Shown here: positions 1-13,400 of the stretch, in pieces
Layout: each line of letters starts with the position of its first letter
Numbering within the stretch: the first letter of the stretch is position 1
Assembly (NCBI RefSeq): GCF_001949145.1
Contig: NW_019091360.1
Coordinates: forward strand, 1,981,599-2,045,598
Reading direction: 5' to 3'
Length of the DNA: 64,000 nt
Source of the DNA: Acanthaster planci
Taxonomy: Eukaryota
Translations under genes and position numbers: made by a program
The notes under the pieces: model-generated
What the model was told of the DNA's origin: nothing
What the model saw: the letters and a program-made list of their open reading frames with translations, nothing else
The model's database searches: none

Positions 1-214
1 TCCAGGCCACTTGAACATTAAAAAAAAAGAGAGATCCACGAACACACATTTGAAGATACAGCACATTCTGTTATTCATTTTTGCGTAATTTCGAGATGCT
101 TTGGTGTGACCTGGTTTGTAAACATATAACCTGGCCACATTCATCACATGCTTGCTTAAAATATCATCAAATTAAGTTTAGCATATGCAAAAGAAAGCTC
201 AATAACAGGGGTAA

Positions 215-451
215 CAACAACAACAGAAAACGTCAAACGAAACATTTAGCAACACTTCAACAACAACAGAAAACGTCAAACGAAACATTTAGCAACACTT
301 CAACAACAACAGAAAACGTCAAACGAAACATTTAGCAACACTTCAACAACAACAGAAAACGTCAAACGAAACATTTAGCAACACTTCAACAACAACAGAA
401 AACGTCAAACGAAACATTTAGCAACACTTCAACAACAACAGAAAACGTCAA
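215..451. repeat. 43-bp minisatellite, ~5.5 near-identical copies
   Basis: Unit CAACAACAACAGAAAACGTCAAACGAAACATTTAGCAACACTT recurs at 215, 258, 301, 344, 387 and 430 (partial). Confidence 0.95.
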
Positions 452-1038
452 GCAGGGTCTTCAAATTAGCCGACATGGCATGCGCAGGGGTTGACTGTTC
501 CATATTTTTCGTTTGAATACTGAAATAATGCAATTAATTACGATGCGGGTTACCCGATTAACATTATTAGGGATTATAAACAGCAGTGACAAACTTGTCA
601 TGCATGTCAACGTGCTTGCTGATTATTCGTGTCCCAGTAATGTCTGAAACCAGTGAGTTACAAACAAGGTCGAGTGGTTTGCCACCATCAAGACAGTGAA
701 ATGTATACAGATATTCTTCAAAGGCATAAGCTGTCAAAACTAAGCACTTCATCATTCAACAGCAGTTTTAAGGAATGCTGTTGGATTATGGTGCAATTAA
801 GCCAGCTCTGAATACTTTGTGGAAGAGTTTCTCAACACAATAAAATGAAAGAACGTTAAAAAATAGTTGACATTTGATGGGAAAGTTTTCCGAGTTATTG
901 GTTGATTAGAGTGAAAACTTACCGATGTTTAGGGAGAATTTGCAAAACGGGGAAAACTGAAAAACGACACTGTTATGAAAGCAGTGCTAAATGCCGAGTT
1001 GTCACTGTTCCCGAATTACCCTTGCTTTTCTAATTAAT

Positions 1039-1938
1039 AATAGACCGTCTTATTTTCGGCAGAAAATTTCTGGCAAGATGTCATTATGTGTCAACTGTTG
1101 TCTGCGACCAGCCCGCAGCGCGGGGGAGCCCCAAGCTGCACTAATCCGCAGCGGGGACCAAGCCCCTCAGACAACCAGGCCCTGCCTTGCAAAAAGCCCC
1201 CGCTTGCGTCTATGGAACACCGGTCACAAAAGCGTTCACCCCGGGGTTACGGAAATTTCATTTTCCCTCACAGAAAAACGAGGCACTTTAGCGGATTAAT
1301 TCCAGCGACTGAGGATCACTTGATGAGTTGAAGTCTTGATCTTAGAGATAAGATCACGGGCTAATTGTCTTTATTTTCGTCTTGACTTCAAGTGCAGTGC
1401 GATCGGTGCACTTGAGCTAGGGTTCTGCCGACGGCGTCAAACCTCAGAGCTGTCCCATCCACGACGCTGTCTTTATTGCCCACCGCGGCGGGTGGATTCT
1501 TAAAATCTCACTGATCATCACATCGCGGATTTCCCCTCAAAGAATTCCCCCTAAGACCATAGACACCTGCGAGCCTTTCGCCCCGTAGGAAGCGCCTCTT
1601 TCCTCGGGTTTTGAGCTAATATCTGGCGGCATCCTGACTGCGCAATACGTGTTGTCAGTACAAGAACTGCGTGAGCCGAAGACACTGGCGGCTGGCCCTG
1701 ACGCCGCCAGGGGGCTCAGACCGACCGACCGACCCGTGGAGCGAACCCGTCTCAGCCTACCATCTCGGTGATCCCCTTCCGTGCGGTGGGGGAGTCTTTT
1801 AAGACCCCTGGAAATGAAACCTGTCATAATGCCAGATTTATTTACCTTAATGGTAACGGTTTTCCCGTCCTTTTCACCTGCTTCGATCATAAATGGAAGG
1901 ACCACTTGCCGGCAAAATAAGATTGCGTGACAGTCTCT
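1039..1938. mobile_element. Possible GC-rich non-autonomous DNA element
   Basis: Weak inverted similarity of the ends (TAGACCGTCTTATTTTCGGCAG vs revcomp TAGAGACTGTCACGCAATCTTATTTTGCCGGCAAG). GC/CpG-rich interior in AT-rich flanks. No TSD seen. Confidence 0.3.
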
Positions 1939-4900
1939 AAAACGGCAAACCTTCGTATAAGCAGGCGTCAGTGGTAATGGCCCGTATGTACAAGATTCGA
2001 ACTAATGCCAACTAGATAACAGCTGTTTTGTTGCATGAAAGTGATTATTCTGACAGAGATAGGGACAGTCCTTTAACACATATGCTGGTGTTCATCAAGA
2101 CTACCTTGAAAAAAAAACTTGAAATGTTTTTGAATTATATTGATCATTCTTTTACGAAAATGTCATTACGTTAAGCTTACAAACAGCACGTGTCGCACTA
2201 TAATCGCCATTTAACCGTCGTGTTGCAGATGGCATTTTTAACTATTATATGGCTAGGTGTTCAAGTGTGGTGAAGCATGTCATTGATATAGTCGACAAGA
2301 TTTGCTGAAGCTCAGCCGTGTCTAGGTGCTGATGCCTTTCCTTGTAATTGAACAGAAATTATTTCACATTATGAATTCTCAAGTTATATCATTTTGTTAT
2401 CCACAATTCTAATAATTACAAACTCGTGTTCCTTTTCATGCTTATAAAACAAAGCGCGAAAAAAGAGACAGAGAGAAAACGATGTTTCAGCATTCAAAAG
2501 ATTTACCGTAGCGGATATACCTCGTGAGCGTACGGTAAAGCATTGTTAATACCTTGGCTTAGAAAACAGCAACCGGGAGCCCCTTTTAACGCCGTGATTT
2601 AGAAGCATTAAACGGGTCAAGACTCGGTGGTGTTCGGTCTTTGCGGAACATTTGAAACTTGCTAACTTCCTCAACCATCGCTGATCGATTAATTTTTATC
2701 GACCATACAAATACAACGAGGGCCGTTTCGTTGAAATTGATGAAATCTGTGTGTTTCTAAAACGTGATCTTACAATGTCATGCGGTCAACTCATTCCTAG
2801 TGCTAGCACTTGCATTAGTCAGGAGCGGATTGGCGTTGAGGCCGGTAGTGAATCCAACCACCACCCAATATGCCGTAAAGCATTTAGATACTGAGGGAAA
2901 TGTGGGGAAGATGAGGGTAAAATTACATCGAGACTGAACATCCTCGAGATAAGCATTGGGCAACTTGTTTGATTTTTTACCCGAGAAGTACGGAAAGTGT
3001 GAACATCTCGAACACACAGCCAAGTGCGTGCAAATAAACTACGGCGGCGCGGTAGTAGTAGGTCTATAGCCAGCGGCTCCAACGCCATGTTTCGAGCCGT
3101 TCACTTCATTCTTTCTACGGCATCAAAACTCTAGCGAAGTGGCAAGGAACTCTCGTCTGGAATCAGCAAATCCTTACCCAATTCTCCTTGTTTGTTATTA
3201 GGAACTCGTTGTGCAAAAGGAAACAGCGCAACTGGTGTGCTTATGAAGTCACAAACCCAAATTTAACTAAATTTAATCTTGATCCTAAAAACCGTTTCCA
3301 AATCAACACTGAAATTACCTTCCATCAAAACTGGTTCAAATTCTAATCATAAACACTTTAAAGAACTCTATTATAACTGTTGAAGTTCCCTTTATTAAAA
3401 ATTTAACAGGTTTTAGAAGAGAAAAGATGCACATCTGGACATGTTCAACTTTAAAAACAAAATTCAAGATGGCAGCTATTGACCTATGTATGATGATTCA
3501 TGCCAAGTTTAACCGGCACCGTATGCACGCCCCTAACGCACAACATGTCAAGGGGATTTTCATTCCATCGTGGGCATAACAAAAAGTCAAAATCATTGCA
3601 TCCATCCCCAATATTTGACAACGACAATAATGCTGGGCTAGATTAAAGAAATGGCTGACGGTATAACGGTTGAGTCACGGTCGACCTCGATGTCGTGCCG
3701 AACCGTCTCGTTTCGAGTTAGTTTTGATTTACTGGTGTACTCTGCATGACCACACAACGCTGATGATTTGGGGCTTCATATTAAAATCCATCATTTTACA
3801 CAAATTCACCAAAGGCTAAGCCATGACCAACGGTTTGAATATTGGAAAAGAGATGGCAGATGGAAAAAAAAACTATACTAAAGCATTTGGTCGAAAGTAA
3901 CTCTGACTTTATTCAGTAATCCTCGACCTAACATAGGTGTTTTACATGTTTTGAGTTGTATTTTTTGTTATAGACGCACTTGACTTGAAAGCTCATGTTA
4001 CTAAAATTAAGACCATTAATATTCAAGTATTCCAATCCAAAATGGCGGGATTTACTCACATGTGCGTGCATGACCTTCTTGTGAAAGGAAGGTGTGATGA
4101 GCAAAATATATAACTCGAAATGTTGCGACAACAATAACCGGGAGAGATTTATTCTTCGACGATGACAAAAATAAGAACTTGAAATTATGTGAGAATCTCT
4201 GACAGGCATGAGAGAATTTAACGATTTATTTTTATTACCACTTACAAGCTGCCAAATAATTTCTCTTCCAAACTTGGTGTCGAGTACTAGAAGAGGAACC
4301 AGAAAGGATTCGTGCCTGAAGGTTTATGTTCAGCTTGATATGCGGTCTCTTGGTGTGCAGTTTTAAAAACATGCCATGGAAGGAGACGTCAAATCGATAG
4401 TAAAATATACTTTGGTTGGCAAAAGCCAAGGAAAAAATGAAGCTGTCAAAAAGAAAGTTTGTGTTTTAGAATGAAGGAGCGGTTTCCAGTATCACAAAAT
4501 CAACGAGAAAAGTGAAAGCGCGGCGGGTTTTTCGTTTCTCTACATGCAGTTATGTCCCAGACTTCAGAATCTCGACTTGACCTAGTGCTTACTTGGGTAT
4601 CGTGGAAATATTCGTTATTACTCAATACGACCATTCATGTTATCTGGCGCTGCCTTCTGGAGTAATATGGAATCTAGTTATTTTTCATCGTCCGTCCTTT
4701 GTTTAATGTCCTTCTCCGGTCAAGCTAATATGGTCGAAATATGAGGTGCTGATGTCTGCGAAATACAGCGCACAAAAGGTTGGGATAGTTTTAAATTATT
4801 GCACAGCATAAACGATAAGGGTTAAAAGGTAAAACATGTTTCCAAAGAAAATGCAGTTATTACCAGGTGGAAAGTCCGTCTACCTTGCATAAAGCAGTTT

Positions 4901-5412
4901 CCCATGGTGAAGAAGGGCCTGTATGAAGTCTCACCCGGCGGGCCTGGACCGACGGTCTTCTAGCGGTGAAGCCCTACCAGCATTTCCCCAACACATACGA
5001 GGCTTTGTTCCTGGTTTTCAATTACCTTGTCAGAAGCTGATTGGGTGCACCACGACGAGGCGCGCAGTCCCGTCTGCAGGACACATTTTGGGTATCACGA
5101 TATCACTCCGCCCCGAAGTGCGCCCGACATTCAACCCATGCATTTCTGTGGGAACAGTGAGCTTTACTGAAAGGCAAAGTTGTACAACAACATGTCGTCA
5201 ATCCCGGGTCATTCAGAATAACATGGCAGGGTAGGTCTACCGGTACCAGTGCCTAAATGTAAATGCTTGTTGTCAAATGGATAACTTTCTTTTGCCGCAA
5301 ATACATGTAAGGCATTTGCAAAACGGAACTCAACGTAGTACATTCATTATAGTTCCATGGCCATTTCTTGGTCTCCGTTTATTCAAACCCTCGAATATTT
5401 TTGCATAACATC

Positions 5413-5464
5413 TACAAACTTGCAAACGCTCTGTACAAAGGTACAGAGCCTTTGTAAGTTTGTA
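5413..5464. repeat. Near-perfect hairpin (24-bp arms, 4-nt loop)
   Basis: TACAAACTTGCAAACGCTCTGTAC-AAAG-GTACAGAGCCTTTGTAAGTTTGTA; 22/24 arm identity. Confidence 0.9.
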
Positions 5465-6301
5465 AAGTAATGTCATGCACAAACTCCGGTGCTAGTGTTG
5501 TAAACCCTCTTGCGGAAAATAAAGCAAGCTCTTTGGCAAAGGGTGTAAAAAGTCTATTCTCGCTGCTCCTGGAATCACGAAAAGCTAGTGGTGCATGCAA
5601 AACACTTCTTACACACCATAATTGCCAGACTGTTTGCCTGATTTGGATGAAACTTGGCACATGCATAAAGCGGTATCCGTTTTGACTTTGTTCTTTGTTT
5701 AAGTTTCGGTGGCTTTTAAGACGGGGCTGGATTCACCCGATATAGGTTATTCCCCCCCCCCCACACACACGCTTTTACCAAGGTACTGGGATACCGCGCC
5801 TCTACGAGTTTAGTATGGGCATGACTCGCGGCACTTACATGTATGAGGGAAGTGTACCTTAAATTTAGACCGTGAATGAAGTCGAGGGGGCGGAGTCAGT
5901 GGTATGGTTTAGGGTGGGGGCATGCGCCGAGTGAAAAAAATCATCGCCTACCAGACGCCCACACCGGAAATTGAACAAAAAGTGAAAGGATAGTGTTACT
6001 AACAGAACCTGCTGCGACATGTGACCGTCGAATCAAAATTTTCATGAAACATATGAAACCAATTAAACTTAGAGGAGATGTCAAGATGCAAGAACCATTT
6101 CATGCACCTGAAATGCCTAACTATATTAGCTATCTTGAAAACTTGAATCATCAATTCTGATTGTCAACAACAGCATGATATAGTACTTCGTTTTGTCTAT
6201 TTTCTGTGGCCCACAGAAAGATCACACGACCAGGCGACAAATATGCATTTCACCCTCACCATCGGACATCACTTCGTAATATCACAGACTAGTTCCCACC
6301 C

Positions 6302-6532
6302 CAGAGGCGGATCTAGAGGGGGCCCCCGTTCAACCGCGGATGACTAAATGGAATTTTAAGTGAAATGACGGAAAATGAGTAGACCTACCAAAACAAATCC
6401 TGGACGAGGATTGCACCGTCCATCTATCCATCTATATCGTTAACCAATAACATCGATTTCCGGTGGATCCCCTTAGCAGGGCATCCCTTCAAGACGCCCC
6501 CCCTGGTTTCCTGAAAGCTAGATCCGCCCCTG
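6302..6532. mobile_element. hAT-like MITE with 15-bp TIRs and probable 5-bp TSD
   Basis: TIRs CAGAGGCGGATCTAG / CTAGATCCGCCCCTG (14/15); flanks CACCC and CACTC (4/5). Confidence 0.8.
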
Positions 6533-7583
6533 CACTCCCACGGTCCAAACCATGAAAAAATGCGGGGACCGCCTACCAGACTGTTTATTGGTGTATACAG
6601 TGACTCAAATCACCAACAGTCGAAATCAAGGAAAGCACCGTTGTACACCAAAAAGGCTTCCTCATTTTTTCGTCTATTTTCCATGCCCGATGAGACATTT
6701 GTCGGCAATCGGCAGGACAAACTGTTTTCTGTGTCGAGGCAGGGGTCCAGGGATACTGCCAAGAGGTCACCACGATGGGGCAGGTAGTTAACCCCACCCA
6801 CCCACCCAAAGTTTCCTCGTCTGGTCGTACAATCTTTTGCTTCATCTTAAACTGAGCTTTAGAAACAACGGTTTCCAGGTGATGTCTCCACGTGCTCACT
6901 TACTTTTGTACGGCTAGATTTGAAACGTCATTTGGCACCTATATTTAATAACAATTATTGTGATTAATGCATAAACGGTTTGAGAGTGAACGTAAAATAA
7001 TTGAATTTTTCACCGAACATGAAGGTTTAGAGAAATAACTGGTTCCAAATGTGTGTTTTTCTCCAGCGAGATGGTTCCATGGGCAAGAGGGAAACCAACA
7101 ACATTTGGAGCACCCACAATACCACCGAATTTTTGGCTCTACCGGACAACTCATGACAAGCTTCCTGATTTACAGCTGATGTAATCACAGCTTGGTGGGA
7201 AGGTTTGTAGCCGATAAGACCCCGCCAGGGGCCACACCTTCAGGGAACGGCACCTCAGTGATTTTCGTCAGTCGGAGTATAATTGAATCCGTTCTTTTTG
7301 AATACCAGCAGGCAATCTAAGCTACGCTTCGCAGCCAACGATAGAGAGACTTGTGAAGGGGGTTATTTCACAATGTGTCATGTTTAGGCTGCGGGTCCCC
7401 GCGCCTGGTCCTTCCCCCATCCCCAGCTCAAGCAATGCTGATGGGCAGAATTTAGATGGATTCGATTCCAAATGTGTCCGGACACCATCGCTTCCCGCAA
7501 GGAAATCAAATTTTCAGACACAGACACACTCCCTCAGTAGCAATTTTCTTCGAAGTAAGATTTCCCGACACATTGACACTTCA

Positions 7584-8045
7584 GGATGAGCGCTCAGAAC
7601 AACTCCATGCTGTCTAAATGTTCGCAAATCAGTGCGCACTCACAGGGTACCTCGAATGAGAAAAATCGAAACTGTGTGTCTCACATTTGCTCCTTACATT
7701 TGGTTAAAATGTATCACACAGGCTCCCAGAATTTCACTTATGATAGTAGTCCAAACTGTAGGTAGATCTGTCAAAGTCAGAGAAACAGGAAGTTTTGCAA
7801 AATGAACACCGATCATTTTCCGTAACACAGAAAAGAATGTTCCTGTTTAAAGAGTAAAGAATTCAGCCTAGTTATCCAAACATTAACTCTCGAATAACGT
7901 ACATGGATGCCGCCATATTGCATGTTGCTCTTCACTAACTATCAGCAACAACCGGTTGTATGTTTCTGGTTTTCGAGCGGCTGACCCAAGAACAACGAAT
8001 CAAGCTGTTCTTGCGGATACGAAAACAAGCTGCCCGAACTCAGCT
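7584..8045. mobile_element. Decayed PIF/Harbinger-type MITE, same family as 12934-13400, opposite orientation
   Basis: 7815-8044 aligns to the revcomp of 12935-13165 (shared AAAGAATTCAGCC.AGTTATCCAAACATTAAC and AACCGGTTGT). The left end is inferred from length and a decayed TCA-GG..GAG terminus. Confidence 0.7.
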
Positions 8046-8765
8046 ATAGTGACTACAGTTCGAGAACTAGAGTTGATTTTGGGGGAGAAGTGCCGGAACA
8101 CGTTGAAATAAAATTAGGCAGAGAAAGTTTGACTGTAGTGATTTGACCTCTATAAATTGGAGTTTGTGAAAATAGATTTTGTTGGCAGGTTTTCCAGTTG
8201 TCAAACTCTTCCAGTTGCACCAATCTAACAGGGAGTCTATTTTGACACCAGGAGAATCTGTCTCAAAGAAATATTGCAAAATATTCTGCTCAGATTGAAA
8301 TTTTTGTCTTCATATATTACTCACACGCTGTATATGTTCCTATCCATTCTAATTGGAAGTAGTTTCCTGTTGTTGGTGTTGGTGTGTGTGGAGGGGGTCG
8401 TGTTAACGGATTAGTTTATTATTTACTGTAAAACCCAAGAACGTTTGGCGAGTTTATAAACTAAACACATTAAACGTTTGAACACGCGGTGGGTTCAGAC
8501 GTGAACCCGTTTAGCATATTAAGTGTTTATCATTGGGACATTAAATGCATGGTTATAGCGGTTGATTACATGAATCCTGCTATTTTCTGCAAATACTCTT
8601 TGCCGATAAAATTTAAATCTCATGTTGTAAGTGGTTAATTTAAGCTGACGTTACGTATAATATATAGATGCAGAGTGGATTGTCACTTAATTTTCACACC
8701 GAAAATAAACATCGTGTTTAGACAATACGTTCAGTTGTATCGCCCAGCGTTAAAGATCAGACTAG

Positions 8766-8790
8766 GCGCATGCGCTTCATGTGCATGCGC
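8766..8790. promoter_or_regulatory. Tandem NRF1/P3A2-like sites
   Basis: GCGCATGCGC at 8766-8775 and GTGCATGCGC at 8781-8790 match the NRF1 palindromic consensus. No linked gene identified. Confidence 0.3.
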
Positions 8791-8868
8791 ACTTCGATCT
8801 CTTTCCCCGTCCCCCCACGTCTGCTGGCTGTCAAGTTGTTAGTTGCAAAATGTAGAGAACTGGAACTG

Positions 8869-9526
8869 ATTAGTATTATTATTATTAATTCATTCAGGCA
8901 GATTCTAAATATACAACACTCAACGTACATATGTACAATAAAAATTACATCCAAAATATAATATAAAAAGAGGATCAATACAGATTGAAAAAGAGGCACA
9001 CATGTAAACAATCAATCAATAAAAGACGAGGAATGATTAAGCAAGAGACAGACAAGACAGACAGACATAAGAAAGCAAACCAAAACACACACAAAAAAAC
9101 GAGGACAGGGTAGGACTGCCTTGGAGAAAAACAAGAGTGAAAAATATCACTTTCGCCCAAAGGGCGTGCCACTCCGACCCTGCACTACACTCAGTCGGAC
9201 ACAAAACGAGGGACATCACAACAACAAATCCCACCAATCAGTTGTAAACACACCACACAGACACAAAAGAAAGGACAAGAGAAGGAAAAAAAGGGATAGT
9301 GGAAAGGAAAACCAAGATAATAAAGAGAACAGCAAACATAATAAAGGCTGACATCAGAAACATAAGGAATGAGTAGACCGGGAAGAAAATTACCCCCACG
9401 GCACCACCCACTAAAAGGAAAATATTTTGCGGCTGACCAACCCACAGTAAACCGGAGCAAGTAGTACATATAATTGCAATTTAAGGTAGCCTTTAAGTTT
9501 CTACAAAAAAGAAGACAGAGACTCAC
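8869..9526 (-). mobile_element. 3' fragment of a CR1/L2-group LINE (ORF2 end, 3' UTR, (AAT)n tail)
   Basis: The minus strand begins SLSSFCRNLKATL (SLxxFKxxLK C-terminal motif), continues as T-rich UTR-like sequence and ends in AATAATAATAATACTAAT. Confidence 0.5.
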
Positions 9527-10453
9527 AAGTCAACATGTTGATTATATCGTTAGGATAAGTACTCCAAACCCTGACAAACATGCAGGGAATGGAGTACTTT
9601 AATGCATCAGCGCGAGCGTACAGATGGTGAAACTTTAATCTGGTACGGCATGTCTGCTGTTACTGTGTTAGAGTTGCATTTGTTCGTTCCTTACACAGGT
9701 TCATGCATATAATGTGGGTATATTTCAGGATCTCAGATGAGTGATAATTTTCTGAAACAATAAGGTTTGTTAACAGTATGTCAACCATTTTTGTTCCCGT
9801 GTTATGACTTGAACACGTGTGTGTCATCGTTACCCAATAACGTGCAATTTACACACACTGCACCCTTTATAGATGTGTCAATGTGTATAAAACGTGTTAC
9901 AACCTGTGCACGTTTAGGCCTATCAAGTAATAAACACAAAAACAGGTTTTTAATTAAAATGTGTTTAAAAATCTAACATGCTAAACGCATCCATATATTT
10001 AAGTATAAACATACGTTGCGTTTATGAAATGAAATATATAAAAGCATGTAAACATGTCCTGTGTGTTTATTTATGAATGTGTCAAAATGTAAAAAAAAAG
10101 TTGAAGATTTGCGTTTAATTTGCGATTAGAAGTTTAACGCTTGTGCAGGCGTAGCATATATGTACATAGTGTGGACCTCTGAACAAAAAAATAGGGTGCG
10201 ATGGCGTTGTGTGGGTTTTACACTATACAAGTTTGTTTTTCCGAATAGACCGGCTGCTAATCTGAAATTTATCATTACTTATATTACTGAGATTGACCCG
10301 GTCTAATTAGAAAACACTAAATTTCAAACAAACACCATATTGTAAGTATTTACTGACGGCGTCGAAAACACACGTCGGCAAGTCAGGATAAGCAGTGATC
10401 AAAATTGAACCAAAAGCAACACACCTAACAAAACGGTTTGATACCGATACGGC

Positions 10454-10549
10454 GAGTAGTGTTTCTTGTCTGTCTGATGAGCTGGGAGTAGCGTTTCTTG
10501 TCTGTCTGAGGAGCTGGGAGTAGCGTTTCTTGTCTGTCTGAGGAGCTAG
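10454..10549. repeat. 32-bp tandem repeat, 3 copies
   Basis: GAGTAG(C/T)GTTTCTTGTCTGTCTGA(G/T)GAGCT(G/A)G at 10454, 10486 and 10518. Confidence 0.95.
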
Positions 10550-12933
10550 GAAGAGGAGAGGAAACGCGCTTTGTAAACACCTAAAAAAAAACGAATGTCA
10601 ATATGCATTCCTACACATTCTTATTGTTTTGTGTGCGGGTGGACGTAACGTTTGGAGAAGCACTTGTAGTTGTATATCGGGGAAGTACGGGTTTGTCAAT
10701 CAGCGGTCCATTATCAGCCACCTCGTGGTTTAATTATGCACAGTGTTAAAACATTTACTGGGAAAACTGACGGCTTGAAATCAACAATGTGTGCAGAAGA
10801 TATGCGGGTGATTTTCACTGCAATACACTCCAGATATTGGCACCATCTGCAAGAGTTGTCGCTTGTGGATTCCCATCCATCATCTGGCATCGCGCGCCTC
10901 GGCCCTGGATGTCTTCCTTGCTCAAAGCGCACCACAGAGGGGTTAAGCTCTCGGATTGGGACAGCCGGTGACGTCATGCTTGTGTCAAGTCTGGACGTGA
11001 CGGCTGATGGGCCCCGCCTCCTCCGAGTTGATTGTCGGTCGGTCATCGGTGCGCAGACGAGACCTAGTTTCTGTTCGATCATGTACAAGCTTCTCTAGTC
11101 AATTCCCGCGTCAGTTTGCCATCGAATTCCTGCCTGTCGAGCGCCCATTATAGCTCAGTCAGTCAATCTTTTTCCTTCTTTTTTCCCTGGATGATGAAGT
11201 AGTCCCTGTTACTTGTATATCATTATACCAATAATGGGTTTTGTCAGAGGAGGTTTCGTCCGTAAAAAAGAAAATAAATCAACGAATAAACTATTTTCCA
11301 CAAATGAAACCCGATAATCTCTCAGTGGTTAGGCAATTTCTGAATGCTACAAATCACGTCTTTGGTAAAAACGGGTAGAATAAATTCCGAGCAAATTACA
11401 ATTGGCAAATTGGCTAATTCACGCAACTTGTAAAAAAAAAAGCTGAAAGAGTTGTCGGATATTTCCCGAGGTCTCCTCTACCTTTAATGTCGGTAGAAGT
11501 TTACGTGACTAGTTTATGAAACACACCCCAGTTATCATAACGCGGGATGAGCTTTGAGGTGGTCAGGACTGATATTCTAATCACGTCTTTGTTGTCTATT
11601 TTGATATAGTTCATTCGCACTCTTAAGTGGAAGAAGCAATCAATCGTCTCTTCTTGAAACTCTCTTCTCCTAAATCTAGACTTACACAGCCAAAACGCAT
11701 CAATTTTTTTTTCCAAAAAATACGAGAGTTTTGCTTATGAGACTGAATTGCTGATAATCTTTGAAGAATTGAGTAATTATAAAGCAAACAGCAAACTACC
11801 ATATCTGCTTACCTTAAAGACTTAAACTTTCCACTTGTAATGAACCCAATAGATAGATTTAAACACCTTATTGCATGGCCTTACAGATTTTCCATCAGGA
11901 AACTCCAGAGGGCAGCATACAAATTTCCCCATCGTTTGCAATGATGACGGTTACATATCAGTAAATAGCCTAAGCTGCCATAAACAACAGTGATTAAATA
12001 CCATCAAATCAGGAAAAATAATCACAAATACAAATTTTTCACGTGCTCAAGATACATATCAAATTAAAACGTATTTCCGCATCAATCATTGACTTAGGGG
12101 GTATCATTAATCCTGAAAAAAATTATGTGAGCCCATCGCCATTTTGAAAATTGATGTCTACTCTCCATTGCAAAAAAGAGGCATTAATTTGGAGGGATCT
12201 GTTTTATTCGAACTTTATAAAACTACAAGCTGGTAGTTCTCTTCGCTGCACGCTTTCCTACGGCACAGAATTTGACAGCATGCAAATGATGATAGTTGTC
12301 TGCCCAAGTAATTTCAGTCTATTTATTGGCCTGCGATTTAACCCTCAAACACTTCCATGTGAAATATCTACCACATTTTTGCAGACTGAAATCAAACCCT
12401 TCAAGATGTGAATCCCCTTAAAATTATTAAAACCGTATGTGGCATCGGTGTTCCATAAATAGTGCCTCTGCTAACTGCTGAAGATCATGACCACGTGGAA
12501 AGAAAATTTTCAACGAATAAAACAGAATGAATGACGTTTCCTGAAATTTAATAAAAATGTAGGCTTAGATTTTGCTTGTATGACAAGTTGGCACCCTGCC
12601 ACAACATGCCGGATTAGCCACGTTTAATGATCACTGCGGGCCACAATGAAGGAATGCATGACTTGTTCACTCATGTGAATCTAATGACACATTTTTACGA
12701 TTCTTTATTTTACAAAGAATGATGATGTAGGCCTATAAAAGTCCCAAGTGTACTTTCATCTACAAATTTAATTGAAATTGCGCCTACTGGCGCCTGCGAT
12801 TACAGCACCTAACTGCCCCCCCCCCCTTTGTGGGATTCACGCATACATTCTAGGGAAAACTGCGATTGTTTATCAAAGAAACCAGGCGAGGTTGGATTTA
12901 GAATGACAAAGATTAACACCCAGAGTGAATTCA

Positions 12934-13400
12934 GGCCGAGTTTGGGTGGCCTGTTCTCGTATGTTCACGAACAGCTCGCTTTGATGTTCGAGGGTCGGCC
13001 TCTTGAACGCCGGGAACAAACAACCGGTTATCGCTGGTAGTTAGTGGCAAGTCACATGCAACATGGCGGTGTCTATGTGCGTTCTTTGAAGGTTAATGTT
13101 TGGATAACTTGGCTGAATTCTTTTCTACTTAAAAAGTAACATTCATTTCTTTGTTATGGAAACTTCTTAACGTATTTTTTTTAAACCTCCTATTGTGTCT
13201 CCGGCTTTGTAAACCATCTCACTATTTTTGCGACTGTTCAAAAATCACAATCCCAAGAGTTTCCCGCGTGTTCCTGTAAAACCCTGACGAGGAGGTGGTG
13301 TGTGATTCTGTTCTGGGAACAGTGTTCTTGGGTCGAGTTTCCGCCGTTCGATCGAGAGAACAAGAGACCCGTGTCTAGAACAGGCCGCCCGAACTCGACC
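12934..13400. mobile_element. PIF/Harbinger (Tourist-like) MITE
   Basis: TIRs GGCCGAGTTTGGGTGGCCTGTTCT vs revcomp GGTCGAGTTCGGGCGGCCTGTTCT; 3-bp TSD TCA at 12931-12933 and 13401-13403; a second copy at ~7.6-8.0 kb. Confidence 0.85.

Noticed and set aside
215..451. Regular repeat resembling a CRISPR array
   Set aside because: Units are contiguous and identical with no unique spacers; no cas genes; eukaryotic context.
2778..3088. Short ORFs with a CxxC, considered as THAP or transposase remnants
   Set aside because: THAP spacing and conserved residues are absent.
10454..10549. Hammerhead-like CTGATGA-GCT..AGC in the 32-bp repeat
   Set aside because: The stem is followed by GTTTC instead of the essential GAAA, on either strand.
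10670..11098. Overlapping 142-aa and 124-aa ORFs
   Set aside because: No recognisable motif or supported splice structure; could be UTR or regulatory DNA.
11813..12421. Possible Kolobok-type MITE bounded by TTAA
   Set aside because: The terminal inverted match is too weak to support.
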